This document shows, piece after piece, positions 34,233 to 44,887 of a DNA stretch of 64,000 nucleotides; positions within the stretch are counted from its first letter, which is position 1; each line of letters opens with the position of its first letter. The position numbers were made by a program, and so were the translations under genes. The notes under the pieces were generated by a model that saw only the letters and a program-made list of their open reading frames with translations, was not told where the DNA came from and did no database searches. Origin of the DNA: a virus (lineage: Duplodnaviria; Caudoviricetes); the IMG/VR virus record IMGVR_UViG_2808606883_000001, positions 3,917 to 67,916 of that record. The stretch is one strand, 5' to 3'.

Positions 34233-35510
34233 ATGCCCGTCATCCAGCTACCCACACTTCACAGCGGGCAGGTAGAGATTTACCGGAACCGCGGCCGCTT
34301 TAATGCGGTGCGCTGCGGTCGTCGGTTTGGCAAGACACGTTTGCTGACGACTATCGCTTCGAATGGTGGCGCCAAGGGCAAGAAGATCGGCATCTTCACG
34401 CCAGAGCACAAGCAGCTTCTTGAGCCGTTCGACGAGATTCTGGAGATTCTGTCGCCAGTCAAACGGCGCTCAAGCAAGAATGATGGCGAGATCCGCACGA
34501 CGACGGGCGGCATCGTCGATTTCTGGCATACGAACGATAATCCGCTCGCTGGCCGGGGGCGTGAATACGACATCGTCCTGCTAGACGAAACAGCCTTCGC
34601 GAAGAACGGCCAGATGCGTCAGATTTGGGAGCGGGCTATCAAGCCTACCCTGCTGACGCGCCGCGGGGGTGCGTGGGTATTCTCGACGCCACACGGCATC
34701 GACGAAGAAAACTTCTTCTGGGCGATCTGCAACGATCCGAAGCTCGGATTCACGCAGCACCACGCACCTACCGCCGCGAATCCATACGTCCCGCCCGACG
34801 AACTGGCGAAGGAAAAGGAATCCAATCACCCGCTCGTCTGGCGGCAGGAATTCGAAGCCGAATTCGTTGACTGGTCCGGTGTTGCGTTCTTCTCGCTTGA
34901 TCGACTGCTGCATGAGGGCAAGCCGGTCGCGATGCCGCTGCACGTCGATGCGGTCTACTGCACGATCGATACGGCGATTAAGGCTGGCTCTGACAACGAC
35001 GGAACGGGATGCGTGTATTGGGCCATATCGAAGCACATCGGCCATCCATTGGTGATCCTCGGCTACGAGCTTATCCAGATCGAAGGCAGTTTGCTCGAAT
35101 CATGGTTGCCGAGCGTCTATCGCCAGCTCGACGAATACGCGAAGCTCACCAAGGCTCGATTCGGCGCAATCGGTGCATACATCGAGGACAAGGGATCGGG
35201 ATCGATCCTGCTGCAACAAGCGGCCCGTCGTGGATGGGCTGCGGAAGCAATCAAGACCCTTCTAACGAGCGTCGGCAAGGACGAGCGTGCCATGAGCATT
35301 TCCGGCTATGTCCATCGAGGCATGGTCAAGCTCAGCCAAGCGGTCTACGACCAGATATCCGACTACAAAGGTCAGAGCCGCAACCACCTTCTTTCCCAAA
35401 TTCTCGGGTTCCGTATCGGCGACAAGGACGCAGCAAAGCGTGCGGACGACTTGCTCGACTGCTTCACATACGGGATTTCCATTGGCCTCGGAGATGGCGA
35501 GGGCAACTAA
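34233..35510 (+). CDS. terL: Terminase large subunit
   Basis: CGRRFGKT Walker A, LLDETAF Walker B, STPHG, IDTA nuclease motif, DDLLD. Confidence 0.95.
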   Translation: MPVIQLPTLHSGQVEIYRNRGRFNAVRCGRRFGKTRLLTTIASNGGAKGKKIGIFTPEHKQLLEPFDEILEILSPVKRRSSKNDGEIRTTTGGIVDFWHTNDNPLAGRGREYDIVLLDETAFAKNGQMRQIWERAIKPTLLTRRGGAWVFSTPHGIDEENFFWAICNDPKLGFTQHHAPTAANPYVPPDELAKEKESNHPLVWRQEFEAEFVDWSGVAFFSLDRLLHEGKPVAMPLHVDAVYCTIDTAIKAGSDNDGTGCVYWAISKHIGHPLVILGYELIQIEGSLLESWLPSVYRQLDEYAKLTKARFGAIGAYIEDKGSGSILLQQAARRGWAAEAIKTLLTSVGKDERAMSISGYVHRGMVKLSQAVYDQISDYKGQSRNHLLSQILGFRIGDKDAAKRADDLLDCFTYGISIGLGDGEGN

Positions 35511-35522
35511 CTAGAGCAACGC

Positions 35523-36938
35523 ATGGCAGAAATCACAATCCAAGGATCGGCGCTTTCGTCGAACCTGATGAATCTGCTAGTGGCGGAGGATATTGAGCCG
35601 GGCGACTCGCCAAGCTACGAGCTGTGCAAAACGATCTATAGTTATCATCCGCTCGGCTCAAAAATCGTCGATCAGCCGATCAAGCTGGCGATGAGCCAGA
35701 AGCGGACGATTTCTATTCCGAACTCGCCCGAAGAGCGCGTGCGCGAAGCCTTCGAGCGCAAGTGGCGCGAGATCAACGCTGACACGCACATCGCGAATAC
35801 GTGGCGGCTGGCGAAGATTTATGGCGCATCGGCAATCGTCTTTGGCGCGAAGGGAGTCGACACAAAGGAGCCGATCGCCCCAGAGAAGTTGGCGAAGATC
35901 GAGGACAAGCTGTACTTCAATGCGCTTGACCCTCTGAATACTGCGGGCTCTCTGGTGCTGAACCAAGACCCGAACGCGCCTGACTTCCAAAAGCCGACGC
36001 TCGTCACGGCAGCCGGGCAGGAGTATCACCCGTCGCGCAGTCTCGTGTTTTTTAACGAGTCGCCGCTGTACATCGAGTACACCAACTCGGCATATGGCTA
36101 CACGGGCCGGTCGGTCTATCAGCGCGCACTCTTCCCGCTGAAGTCGTTCGTACAGACGATGGTTGCGGATGACATGGTCAGCCGCAAGGTTGGCGTGATC
36201 GTTGCGAAGATGAAGCCGGCCGGCTCGATTTCTGACCGCGCAATGGCAGTTCTGCAGGGCATCAAGCGCAACGTCGTCAAGGAAGCGCAGACCAACAACG
36301 TCATCAACATCACGCCGGAAGAGGAGATTGAGACGCTGAACCTGCTGAATGCTGACGGCGCGCTGACGACGGCTCGCAAGAACATCCTCGAGAACATTGC
36401 CGCGGCGGTTCCTCAGCCGGCCAAGTTGCTCAACTCCGAGTCATACGCTGAAGGCTTCGGCGAGGGAACGGAAGACGCGAAAGACCTGATCCGCTACATC
36501 AACCACGAACGGCAGACGGGCCAACCGCTATACGAATTCTTCGATCGCATCGTCATGCGCCTGGCTTGGAGCGAGGAGTTCTACGCCACGATTCAGGCGG
36601 ATGTTCCAGAGTACAAGGGCGTTTCGTACAACGAGGCGTTCTATCAGTGGGCGAATGCATTCGAGGCGTCCTGGCCTTCGCTGATGGAGGAGCCCGAGTC
36701 GGAGCTTGTCAAGGTGGAAAAGGTGAAGCAGGAGGCGCTGATTGCGGCGCTTGAAGTCCTGAAGCCAGATCTAGACCCGGACAACAAAGCACGGCTCGTT
36801 GAGTGGTTCGCCAACAATATCAACGAGTCGAAGAAACTATTCACGAGCCCGCTCCTTCTCGACTACGACGATTTACGCAATTACGTTCCGCCCACGCCTG
36901 ATCCCGAGCCGGAAGCGCCCAGACCGCACAACATCTGA
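35523..36938 (+). CDS. Portal protein (DUF1073-type)
   Basis: Position after terL; YHPSR..YGYTGRSVY motifs; 471 aa. Confidence 0.85.
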   Translation: MAEITIQGSALSSNLMNLLVAEDIEPGDSPSYELCKTIYSYHPLGSKIVDQPIKLAMSQKRTISIPNSPEERVREAFERKWREINADTHIANTWRLAKIYGASAIVFGAKGVDTKEPIAPEKLAKIEDKLYFNALDPLNTAGSLVLNQDPNAPDFQKPTLVTAAGQEYHPSRSLVFFNESPLYIEYTNSAYGYTGRSVYQRALFPLKSFVQTMVADDMVSRKVGVIVAKMKPAGSISDRAMAVLQGIKRNVVKEAQTNNVINITPEEEIETLNLLNADGALTTARKNILENIAAAVPQPAKLLNSESYAEGFGEGTEDAKDLIRYINHERQTGQPLYEFFDRIVMRLAWSEEFYATIQADVPEYKGVSYNEAFYQWANAFEASWPSLMEEPESELVKVEKVKQEALIAALEVLKPDLDPDNKARLVEWFANNINESKKLFTSPLLLDYDDLRNYVPPTPDPEPEAPRPHNI

Positions 36939-37771
36939 TGGCCCAATCCTTCTACCAGACGATCACGGAAGCCATCCGCGAGTTCGAGGAAAACGGTTTC
37001 GACAGCACCGAGCGCCTTGCTTATTGGGTCGACAGAATCCGCCGCGCCGCAGCCGAGACGCTGACGCCCGAGAGCGTGCTCAACGAAGAGTTGAATCGGA
37101 CGCTGGGCGGCATCTATAAGCGCCTGATCGACGATGGCCAGATCATCAAGAATCACCAGGGCGTCGCGCGCTTCACTGTTGAGCGACTGAAGCCGCAGCT
37201 TCGCACCGAGCTAGACCGGCGCTTGATGGTGTCGCGCAATCTGATCAAGCTCAACCGGCAACAGATGCTCGAGAAGACCGTACAGCGTTTCGCTGGCTGG
37301 GCATCGTCGGTGCCGGCCGGCGGATCTCGCGCGGTCGACGTCAAGGATGTGAAGGAAAACATCCGCAAGGCGCTGACGTCGCTCCCGTTTGAAGAGCGGC
37401 GATGCGTGATCGACCAATCGCACAAGTTCACGGCATCGCTAAACGAGATTATCGCGACGGATGGCGGTGCGATCGCAATGCGCTGGAATTCGCGCTGGCG
37501 CTCGCCAGGGTACTCATACCGCCAGGATCACAAAGAGCGCGATCAGAAGGTCTATCTGCTGCGGTCTAGCTGGGCCAAGGACAAAGGACTCGTCAAGCCC
37601 GGACCGGCCGGCTACTACGACGACATCACGAGCGTTGGCGAGGAAGTCTACTGCTCGTGCTGGGCTACGTGGCTGTACAGCCTTCGCGACTTGCCGGAAG
37701 ACATGCTTACGGCAGCCGGTAAAAAATCGCTTGAAGAAGCCCGCGCCAAAATCGCCGCAATGAGAACATGA
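36938..37771 (+). CDS. Head morphogenesis protein (SPP1 gp7/MuF-like)
   Basis: Position after portal; RQDHKERD and GEEVYCSC motifs. Confidence 0.8.
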   Translation: MAQSFYQTITEAIREFEENGFDSTERLAYWVDRIRRAAAETLTPESVLNEELNRTLGGIYKRLIDDGQIIKNHQGVARFTVERLKPQLRTELDRRLMVSRNLIKLNRQQMLEKTVQRFAGWASSVPAGGSRAVDVKDVKENIRKALTSLPFEERRCVIDQSHKFTASLNEIIATDGGAIAMRWNSRWRSPGYSYRQDHKERDQKVYLLRSSWAKDKGLVKPGPAGYYDDITSVGEEVYCSCWATWLYSLRDLPEDMLTAAGKKSLEEARAKIAAMRT

Positions 37772-37772
37772 C

Positions 37773-39737
37773 ATGCCGCTTGAGAAAGGATCATCCAACG
37801 AAGTAGTCGGACACAACATCGCCGAACTTCGCGCGGCAGGGCATTCGGAGAAGCAGGCGATCGCCATTGCAATGAAGGAAGCTGGCCGCAGCAAAGTCGA
37901 CGCCGAGCTCGTCAAGGCCGCCGGCACTCTGATCATTGCCGATGGCAACATTCTGTTCCTGCGCCGCGGCAACGGCGGCGATCATCCCAGCGAATGGGCT
38001 TTCCCTGGCGGTCACATCGAATCGGGCGAATCTCCCGAAGAGGCCGCCCGCCGCGAGACTGCCGAAGAAACCGGGTACGAGCCGCACAAGCTCATCGAGC
38101 TCGGCACGACGAACGATGGTGCGGTCGAATTCACGACCTTCTATCACGAGTGCCGGACATTCGACGTCAAGTTGAGTGACGAGAGCACGGAATACCTGTG
38201 GAGTCCGATCGGCTCATGGCCAGAGCCACTGCATCCAGGATGCCGGTTCGTGCTCGAGTCGGATGCATTCAAGGAGATCCGCAAGGCGCACATGACCGAG
38301 ACGGAAGTCGCCCAAGCGATCATGCTTGGCGAGCTTCCGTCGCCACAGTTTTATCGGAACATGTGGCTCTTCGCGATCCGCATCACCGGAACCGGGACGT
38401 CGTACCGCTCCATCGATGATGAGTATGTATACCGTCCACCAGAAAACTATCTGAACGATGAGTTTCTGACGCGCTGCAATGGCCTATCGGTCATCGTCGA
38501 TCACCCCAAAGCCCGCACGCTTAACTCGGCAGAGTTCAAGAAGCGCAATGTCGGCTCGATCCTGCTCCCGTTCATTGCCAGAGCCGAAGTTGTGGGAGAT
38601 TGTATTGTCGCCGTGGCGGATCGCGAGGCCGGCGATGAAGTGTGGGGCATCGCTAAGGTATATGACGAAGCGACTGCGACGCTCATGTCGAAAGAGCAGC
38701 TCTCCACGTCGCCATCCGTCATCTTCCGGAATCCAGATGTAGAAAACTCCACCATTACCCTCGACGGTGGACAGACATTGTTGATCGAGGGAAAACCGTG
38801 CCTGCTCGACCACATCGCGATCTGCGAAGTCGGCGTGTGGGATAAGGGCGGCCCGCCATCTGGCGTATCCACCACTAACGTTCAGGAAGCTGACGACATG
38901 AATGAAGACGTGAAGGCCAAGGCGGACGCCGAGGCGAAAGAAGAACTCGAAGCGCGCGCCAAAGCCGACGCGGAAGCGAAAGCCAAGGCTGATGCTGAAG
39001 AAGAAAAGGCGAAAGCCGATGCTGAGCGCTGGGACAAGCTGATGTCGGCTGTCGATTCGCTGTGCAAGCGCATGGACTCGTACGACAACGAGAAGAACGA
39101 CAAGAAGGCTGATGCCATGCCGGCGGAGGAAATGAACGTCGCCGACAAGAAGGCCGATTCGGAAGACGAAAAGGCCAAGGAAAAGGAGGCCGAGGCTGAA
39201 AAGATGAAGGCAGAGGCGAAGGAAGAGGAAGCCAAGGCCGACGCAGCGAAGCGGGAAAGCGCCCTGCTCGAGCGCGTTGCGCAACTCGAACAGATGCTCG
39301 TGCAGACGGCAAAGCTCACGCCTAAGCCCCTGAACGATGCCGACTATGCTGCGATGGCCGATGCCCAAGCCAAGGCCGATAGCGTGTACAGCGCGTTTGG
39401 CAAGTCGGCTAATCGCCCGCTGAACGGCGAAGACCTCCTGTCGTATCGCAAGCGCCTCGCCGCTCCGATGAAGTCGCACAGCGCCGCATGGAAGGACGTC
39501 GATCTGTCGAAGCTCGAAGCTGCGGTGTTCGAAATCGCTGAGTCGGCTATCTATGCCGACGCGATGGAAGCGGCGATTCACCCGAGTATGGCGCCGGAAG
39601 CTGGCCTGCGTGCAGTTACCCGCGATACGGGCACCGGCCACAAGATCACGACGTTTTACGGTCACCCGAACGCCTGGATGGATGATTTCCGCGCCCCCCG
39701 CATGAACGGCGATATTTCGCTGCCGAATAAGCACTGA
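37773..39737 (+). CDS. NUDIX hydrolase fused to DUF2213-like head maturation protease/scaffold
   Basis: Nudix box [23 protein letters not shown]; [21 protein letters not shown]; K/A/D/E-rich scaffold tail. Confidence 0.85.
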   Translation: MPLEKGSSNEVVGHNIAELRAAGHSEKQAIAIAMKEAGRSKVDAELVKAAGTLIIADGNILFLRRGNGGDHPSEWAFPGGHIESGESPEEAARRETAEETGYEPHKLIELGTTNDGAVEFTTFYHECRTFDVKLSDESTEYLWSPIGSWPEPLHPGCRFVLESDAFKEIRKAHMTETEVAQAIMLGELPSPQFYRNMWLFAIRITGTGTSYRSIDDEYVYRPPENYLNDEFLTRCNGLSVIVDHPKARTLNSAEFKKRNVGSILLPFIARAEVVGDCIVAVADREAGDEVWGIAKVYDEATATLMSKEQLSTSPSVIFRNPDVENSTITLDGGQTLLIEGKPCLLDHIAICEVGVWDKGGPPSGVSTTNVQEADDMNEDVKAKADAEAKEELEARAKADAEAKAKADAEEEKAKADAERWDKLMSAVDSLCKRMDSYDNEKNDKKADAMPAEEMNVADKKADSEDEKAKEKEAEAEKMKAEAKEEEAKADAAKRESALLERVAQLEQMLVQTAKLTPKPLNDADYAAMADAQAKADSVYSAFGKSANRPLNGEDLLSYRKRLAAPMKSHSAAWKDVDLSKLEAAVFEIAESAIYADAMEAAIHPSMAPEAGLRAVTRDTGTGHKITTFYGHPNAWMDDFRAPRMNGDISLPNKH

Positions 39738-39759
39738 CAAGCAGTCGTCATCACATCCA

Positions 39760-39787
39760 GGCCCGCCACTGAGCGGGTCTTTTCATT
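39760..39787 (+). terminator. Intrinsic terminator
   Basis: GGCCCGC-N6-GCGGGTC followed by TTTT. Confidence 0.6.
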
Positions 39788-39802
39788 TCTGGAAAGGAAA
39801 TC

Positions 39803-40687
39803 ATGGCAATTAATGTGCCCTTCTCTCCGTACGTGACGACGAATGCCGCAGGCTCGTTCAGCGTACAAAGCTCTGGCTATGTCCAGGGCGTTTATGTCGA
39901 CGATCCGGCCCTGCGCCACGAACTGCAGATCGGTACGCTTTCTTCGAGCGCTACGACGCCGGTTTGGGGTGGCATGGCGATCTCGGAAAGCGTGGGCGCT
40001 CTGTCGGGCTATGACCGCACGCAAGGCGGCACGATCCTTCAGGCGATGTCGGTGTCGAACATCACCGGTTTCTCGGTGTTCAACAACGCATATTCCTACC
40101 TCGGCTCGCCGCAGAGCCCGGTTCCGATGGCTGTGAATGCTGGCGCGACCGTCGCGTTCTTCCGCATGGGTTCGGGCATCCGCATCCCGGTTGCGATGGA
40201 TCCGTCGATGGTCTCGCTCGCTGGCGGCCTGATCAACCAGCAAGTGTCGTGGGACTTCAACAACCAAGTCCTGCAGCCGTACGACGCCAGCACGGCCACC
40301 GTCTCGGTTACGTCGATCACGTCGTCGTATTCGAATGGCGTGTACACGTGCGCAGTCGTGGCGGCTGCGGCAACGAACGTCGGTGCAGTGGGCGATGCAA
40401 TCAACATCAGCGGCGTGACGGGTACGGGTGCGGCACTGGTCAACGGCAATCAGGTCGTCACCAGCTTCACCGACAACCAGCACTTCAGCTTCCAAATCAC
40501 GGCGGCTTCGGGTGCGATTGCTACGGGCGCATTGTCGGGCACGATCGTTCTTAACGAGGGCACGGGCGCGCTGCCGGTCAAGATCATCGACATCAACGCC
40601 GGCAACAGCATGACTGTCTCCTACAACGCAACCACTGGCGCTGCGACCTGGAATCGTTCGGGTTACACGGCCCTGATCCAGATCTGA
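39803..40687 (+). CDS. Head decoration/cement protein
   Basis: Position before the capsid gene; beta-rich; carries an internal inserted module. Confidence 0.65.
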   Translation: MAINVPFSPYVTTNAAGSFSVQSSGYVQGVYVDDPALRHELQIGTLSSSATTPVWGGMAISESVGALSGYDRTQGGTILQAMSVSNITGFSVFNNAYSYLGSPQSPVPMAVNAGATVAFFRMGSGIRIPVAMDPSMVSLAGGLINQQVSWDFNNQVLQPYDASTATVSVTSITSSYSNGVYTCAVVAAAATNVGAVGDAINISGVTGTGAALVNGNQVVTSFTDNQHFSFQITAASGAIATGALSGTIVLNEGTGALPVKIIDINAGNSMTVSYNATTGAATWNRSGYTALIQI

Positions 40688-40696
40688 GGTTAAAAC

Positions 40697-41716
40697 ATGG
40701 CCAATATCGTACCCGCACAAATCCGGGTTAATCCCCACTACGTCGTTCCGGAACTGCTCCTGCAGTATCAGCAGGCTTCGGGCGCATTCGATACGATCGC
40801 GACGGGCGATCCACTCGTTCGCTTGGGCGATGGCGACCTCGCTGTCTACATTAAGCGCCTCGATGTCCGCACGCAAGTGCAGACCGGCCAGTTCGTGGCC
40901 AATGCGCTGCCTAGCTGCACGGTGGTCTACAACGAGATCAGCACGCCGACGTACATGATCCGCTCGCGCGCCGAGTACGACCATCACGACACGGCCGCGC
41001 TCGGTCGCGTTGGCGCGTCGACGGTCGAAGCGCACCGCTTCGCCATGCGTCAAGGCACGTTCCAGCAACAACGGAACCTGCTTCTGTATGGCGCGAACCC
41101 GGCGAACGGCGAGGGCTTGCTCAACGCCAACGGCGCGACGGCACTCAACCTGCCCGCCGACCCGAACGGCAACACGACGATCTCGACGTACGACAACGGC
41201 GCGCTGGCTTTCTTCCTCGCCCAGCAGATCGCGGCAATCAAGACGCGCACGATGACGGTTGGTGTGCCGGCCCGCTTCACGATCCTCATGCCGCAACGGA
41301 TCATGCAGGCGGTCAGCTACTACGGCATCGTCCAACTCACGCAATTCCAGCGTGAAGGCGCCGGCTCTGAATCGATCCGCGGCACGGTGGACCGCCTCGC
41401 TGGCTGGAACAAGGACGAAATCACCTGGACGTGTGACGACACGCTACTTGGCAAGGGCGCAGGCGGCACGGACATGATCGTCATCTCCATGCCGGAAGTG
41501 AAGAAAAACCGCGTGAACAAGGTGAACACGAACGCGTTCGCCGAACTCACGCCGGGCCTCGATGCCTGCTCGCTCCAGCTCGTCGACCGTGCGGCCCCGA
41601 CCGAAATCATCGCCCCGCTTCCTGCGGGTGCTGTGGATGTCGTCTCGGAACTGCGCTCGACCGCTGGCTGGGCACCGCGTCCGGAAGCCATCTCGCTCAT
41701 CAGCGCTGGCTTCTAA
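40697..41716 (+). CDS. Major capsid protein
   Basis: 339 aa after scaffold/decoration genes; LLYGANPANGEGLLN; C-terminal RSTAGW..RPEA. Confidence 0.8.
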   Translation: MANIVPAQIRVNPHYVVPELLLQYQQASGAFDTIATGDPLVRLGDGDLAVYIKRLDVRTQVQTGQFVANALPSCTVVYNEISTPTYMIRSRAEYDHHDTAALGRVGASTVEAHRFAMRQGTFQQQRNLLLYGANPANGEGLLNANGATALNLPADPNGNTTISTYDNGALAFFLAQQIAAIKTRTMTVGVPARFTILMPQRIMQAVSYYGIVQLTQFQREGAGSESIRGTVDRLAGWNKDEITWTCDDTLLGKGAGGTDMIVISMPEVKKNRVNKVNTNAFAELTPGLDACSLQLVDRAAPTEIIAPLPAGAVDVVSELRSTAGWAPRPEAISLISAGF

Positions 41717-41817
41717 CTGTAAGCCCTGCGGATAGGTGGCGCAACCGACAAGCGCGTTCCCCCTGGCGCGTTTCCGCAGGCATTCCTCACAGGGGTTTCC
41801 TATCAGGGGAACTACAC

Positions 41818-42330
41818 ATGGCTTTGTTCGTCGCAAACCTCACGAAGCATAATTTTCAGCTGCACTTCTGGGTGGAGCGCACGCAACGACCGATCTTCGT
41901 CGAAATCCCCCCAGGCCAGCAGAAAAGCATCTACCCAGAGGGAACGCGACTCGAGCACGAAAACATCGTGAATCAGCACAAGATGTACGGCCTGATTCCG
42001 GTGTCGGAAATGGACCTGAAGAAGGGTTTCGTTGGGCAGTGCTATCAGTTCGACAAGCCGATCCCGTTAGATCGTCTGCAGTCGACAATGCTCAACAACG
42101 AGGACGAGCTCTACGACGAAGCGCTCGAGCGTCGCAAGGAAGCGGCCGCAGCTTCGGACCATCTAATCCGAAAGGCGGCGCAGGAAACAGATTCCAAGAT
42201 CGCATCTTTCGAGGTTGAAATCGAGGAAGTCGAGCAGAAAGGCGTCGAGTCCCAAGTGCACGAAGTCATCACTGTCGGCGAGGACGCTCCGCAAGAGTCC
42301 CGTCGCCGCGGACGTCCGCGTAGGAACTAA
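41818..42330 (+). CDS. Head-associated hypothetical protein
   Basis: Position after MCP. Confidence 0.7.
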   Translation: MALFVANLTKHNFQLHFWVERTQRPIFVEIPPGQQKSIYPEGTRLEHENIVNQHKMYGLIPVSEMDLKKGFVGQCYQFDKPIPLDRLQSTMLNNEDELYDEALERRKEAAAASDHLIRKAAQETDSKIASFEVEIEEVEQKGVESQVHEVITVGEDAPQESRRRGRPRRN

Positions 42331-42332
42331 CT

Positions 42333-42842
42333 ATGTCCGATCCATGCGGATGCTTTCCGCCTCTGCCAGGAATGGGCGTTCTCGCCCCCTGGCAAACACA
42401 GACGACGCCGAACGCCACGGACCTATACACATTCTTGACGACGGTGGCGGGCGTCCCTACCGCAGCCCTCCCTTCGAATAGCGCCTATATTCCATGGGCG
42501 CTCAGTTACGCTGAGGAAATGACATTGATGGTCCTGCGCTGTATCGGCCAGGACTATTACTGCTTCGCGGTCTACTGCCTTGCCACATCGTTTCTGATCA
42601 ATTGGTTCCCGGATCAGACGGGCCAGACGTTCTTCGCCACCGCGCGCCAGACGTACAACATCAGCGGATTCGTCGGCGGAACGGTGCAATCCACCGCAGA
42701 CGTGAGCACATCCGAATCTCTGTTGGCTCCGGATTTCCTCAATGGGCTCACGCTCGGTCAGTTGCAGGTGCTGAAGGATCCGTTCGGGCGCCAGTGGCTT
42801 TCGATGCAGGCCGACAACGGACCAATATGGGGAATTAGCTAA
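42333..42842 (+). CDS. Head-tail adaptor (DUF4054-like)
   Basis: Position; STADVSTS..L..LKDPFGRQWL motif. Confidence 0.65.
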   Translation: MSDPCGCFPPLPGMGVLAPWQTQTTPNATDLYTFLTTVAGVPTAALPSNSAYIPWALSYAEEMTLMVLRCIGQDYYCFAVYCLATSFLINWFPDQTGQTFFATARQTYNISGFVGGTVQSTADVSTSESLLAPDFLNGLTLGQLQVLKDPFGRQWLSMQADNGPIWGIS

Positions 42843-42851
42843 GGACCAACT

Positions 42852-43439
42852 ATGGACGCCAAAGAATTTGGAATTCCAGAGGCAGTGGGGGGCGGCAGCT
42901 ATCAATCCGTCCCGGTCTCCACAAAAGCACCCCATGGCCGGTTGGTGTTGCATCTTGGCGTCATCGATCAGCCATATGCAAACCGTTCGGATCAAAAGAA
43001 AGTCCCTCATCCGCAGAAGGGAAAAGGCAATCACCCCGTTCATCCCAAGACCGAAAGCGGAACACAGACGACAGGTGACGTAGCTGAATGGATGGAGGAC
43101 AAATACCACATCCTCCAGACGTTCGCCGATGCCAAGATGAGCAAGATTGCCAAGTCGCTCGAGAACGCGATGGCCGGCGAGCTTGAGAATTTGATGATGG
43201 GCGGAAAATCGGGAGCCAACCCATTCCGGAGCGGAGAGTCTGCGATCACGTCGATGATGAAGGACTTCGTGGCGTCGCAGGAAGTCGAGCGCATGGGCAT
43301 TCCAGGCGTGCCGACCCAGGCGGCGAAGGATGGAGTGAACCACCGGCTCAGTCATCCCTATCGCAAAGCCAATCCTCGGCGCCCAAGCTTCATCGACACG
43401 GGCCTGATGGTCTCCAGCTACATTGCATGGATTGAGTAA
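42852..43439 (+). CDS. Neck/tail completion protein
   Basis: C-terminal RPSFIDTGL motif; position. Confidence 0.65.
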   Translation: MDAKEFGIPEAVGGGSYQSVPVSTKAPHGRLVLHLGVIDQPYANRSDQKKVPHPQKGKGNHPVHPKTESGTQTTGDVAEWMEDKYHILQTFADAKMSKIAKSLENAMAGELENLMMGGKSGANPFRSGESAITSMMKDFVASQEVERMGIPGVPTQAAKDGVNHRLSHPYRKANPRRPSFIDTGLMVSSYIAWIE

Positions 43440-44449
43440 TGCCCTCGATCACCGAATCGCTGAATTCCGCGTCTCCGCTGAACGCAGGATTGATCGAGAG
43501 TATCGGCGTTCTATCGGAGCGCCAGACCGTCACATTCACGCAGTACGTACGTCTCGTTCTGCCTCTCGATGGGTTTGTATTCTGGGTGCGGGCGAACCTG
43601 CTGAGCCCTTCGTCGCTCTATAACGCGTACGCATACAACCGAGCGCCGTACGATTCAATTTCGAAGATAGCCAAACCTGCGCCAACCATTGTGGCGCAGG
43701 GCTCGTTCCACCTGATTTCGGAGCAGCATCAAGAGCAGGAGCAGACGATGGGGGTGCATCAGTGCATCTTCACGGCTGAACAGCAGATTCAAGACTTCAA
43801 CCAGATCGCGCCAAACGTCATCTACATTGCCAATGTCAATGGCGTGCGCTTCGCGTTCAACCATAGGGACTCTTACTACAGCCAAGCGGGGATTCACCAT
43901 TACAGCGGGCATGCGATCTACTCCATCATGGAGTCGCAGATCATCGACTCCCCGCAGGATTTCGACACACGCAATGTTGTCGTGTCGAATAGCCTGCCCG
44001 TCTGGCTGACTCTGAACCAGTTTTTCCCGGTCTATCCATCGTTTCTGGTGCCGGAGAACGTCGAGCCTATCTTCGCCTCAGTCCACATTGAACCATCGGA
44101 AACAGCTGCCATCCAAATGGCGCCCTGGCTGGACTCTCAGTCATCGCACTTTCAACTAGTGCAGGACTCAGTGACAATCACGATGTATGGGACGCGGAAC
44201 TTCAACGCTCTCGACTTCGTCGACTACGTCAATCAATACACGTTGAACAATGATGGCGTCATCGGCATCTCGAATCTCCCGGTGATGCTCGACGAAAAGC
44301 GAACGCAAGAAGAACTCAACGTGATTGCCATGAAGAAATCGATCACGTACGAAGTCAACTACTACCAGACGCGCATGAACAACATCGCGCGTCAACTGAT
44401 CTTGTCGTGCATTCCGACGTTCTACGCCGGATCGATCAAGAACATCTGA
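43439..44449 (+). CDS. Neck/head-closure structural protein
   Basis: 336 aa in the connector region. Confidence 0.6.
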   Translation: MPSITESLNSASPLNAGLIESIGVLSERQTVTFTQYVRLVLPLDGFVFWVRANLLSPSSLYNAYAYNRAPYDSISKIAKPAPTIVAQGSFHLISEQHQEQEQTMGVHQCIFTAEQQIQDFNQIAPNVIYIANVNGVRFAFNHRDSYYSQAGIHHYSGHAIYSIMESQIIDSPQDFDTRNVVVSNSLPVWLTLNQFFPVYPSFLVPENVEPIFASVHIEPSETAAIQMAPWLDSQSSHFQLVQDSVTITMYGTRNFNALDFVDYVNQYTLNNDGVIGISNLPVMLDEKRTQEELNVIAMKKSITYEVNYYQTRMNNIARQLILSCIPTFYAGSIKNI

Positions 44450-44475
44450 GCCATTTCAATCTATTTACCCACAAT

Positions 44476-44502
44476 GCCCGCCTCGAGCGGGCTTTTTCTT
44501 TT
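44476..44502 (+). terminator. Intrinsic terminator
   Basis: GCCCGC-CTCGA-GCGGGC followed by TTTTTCTTTT. Confidence 0.7.
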
Positions 44503-44514
44503 TAGGAGCGTGAC

Positions 44515-44874
44515 ATGCCCCAAGGCCCCATCGCCGCAGCAACTAACGTAAATCCGTCCGGCAAGTTCGTCATGAGCGCCGTCGACGCGACTGGCAATGA
44601 ATACGTCGCATCCGGCAAGACGCCTATCTACAACATCACGGCCGCCGCAGTCGTGAAGGCAACTCCGGGTCGCTTGGTGCGCATCAACGTCGTTGTCGCT
44701 GGGTCGGCTGCCGGTACGGCAAACGACTGCGCGACTACGGGTGCGGCAGCGGCCGCCAACGAGATCGCAGTCATCCCCAATACGGTTGGCACGTACTACC
44801 TCGATTGGCCATGCGCGACCGGCATCGTCGTTGTGCCGGGGACGGGCCAAACGGTTGCTGTTAGCTACATCTAA
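44515..44874 (+). CDS. Small beta-rich structural protein
   Basis: AGGAG RBS; upstream of the sheath gene. Confidence 0.65.
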   Translation: MPQGPIAAATNVNPSGKFVMSAVDATGNEYVASGKTPIYNITAAAVVKATPGRLVRINVVVAGSAAGTANDCATTGAAAAANEIAVIPNTVGTYYLDWPCATGIVVVPGTGQTVAVSYI

Positions 44875-44887
44875 ATAAGGACCGGCA

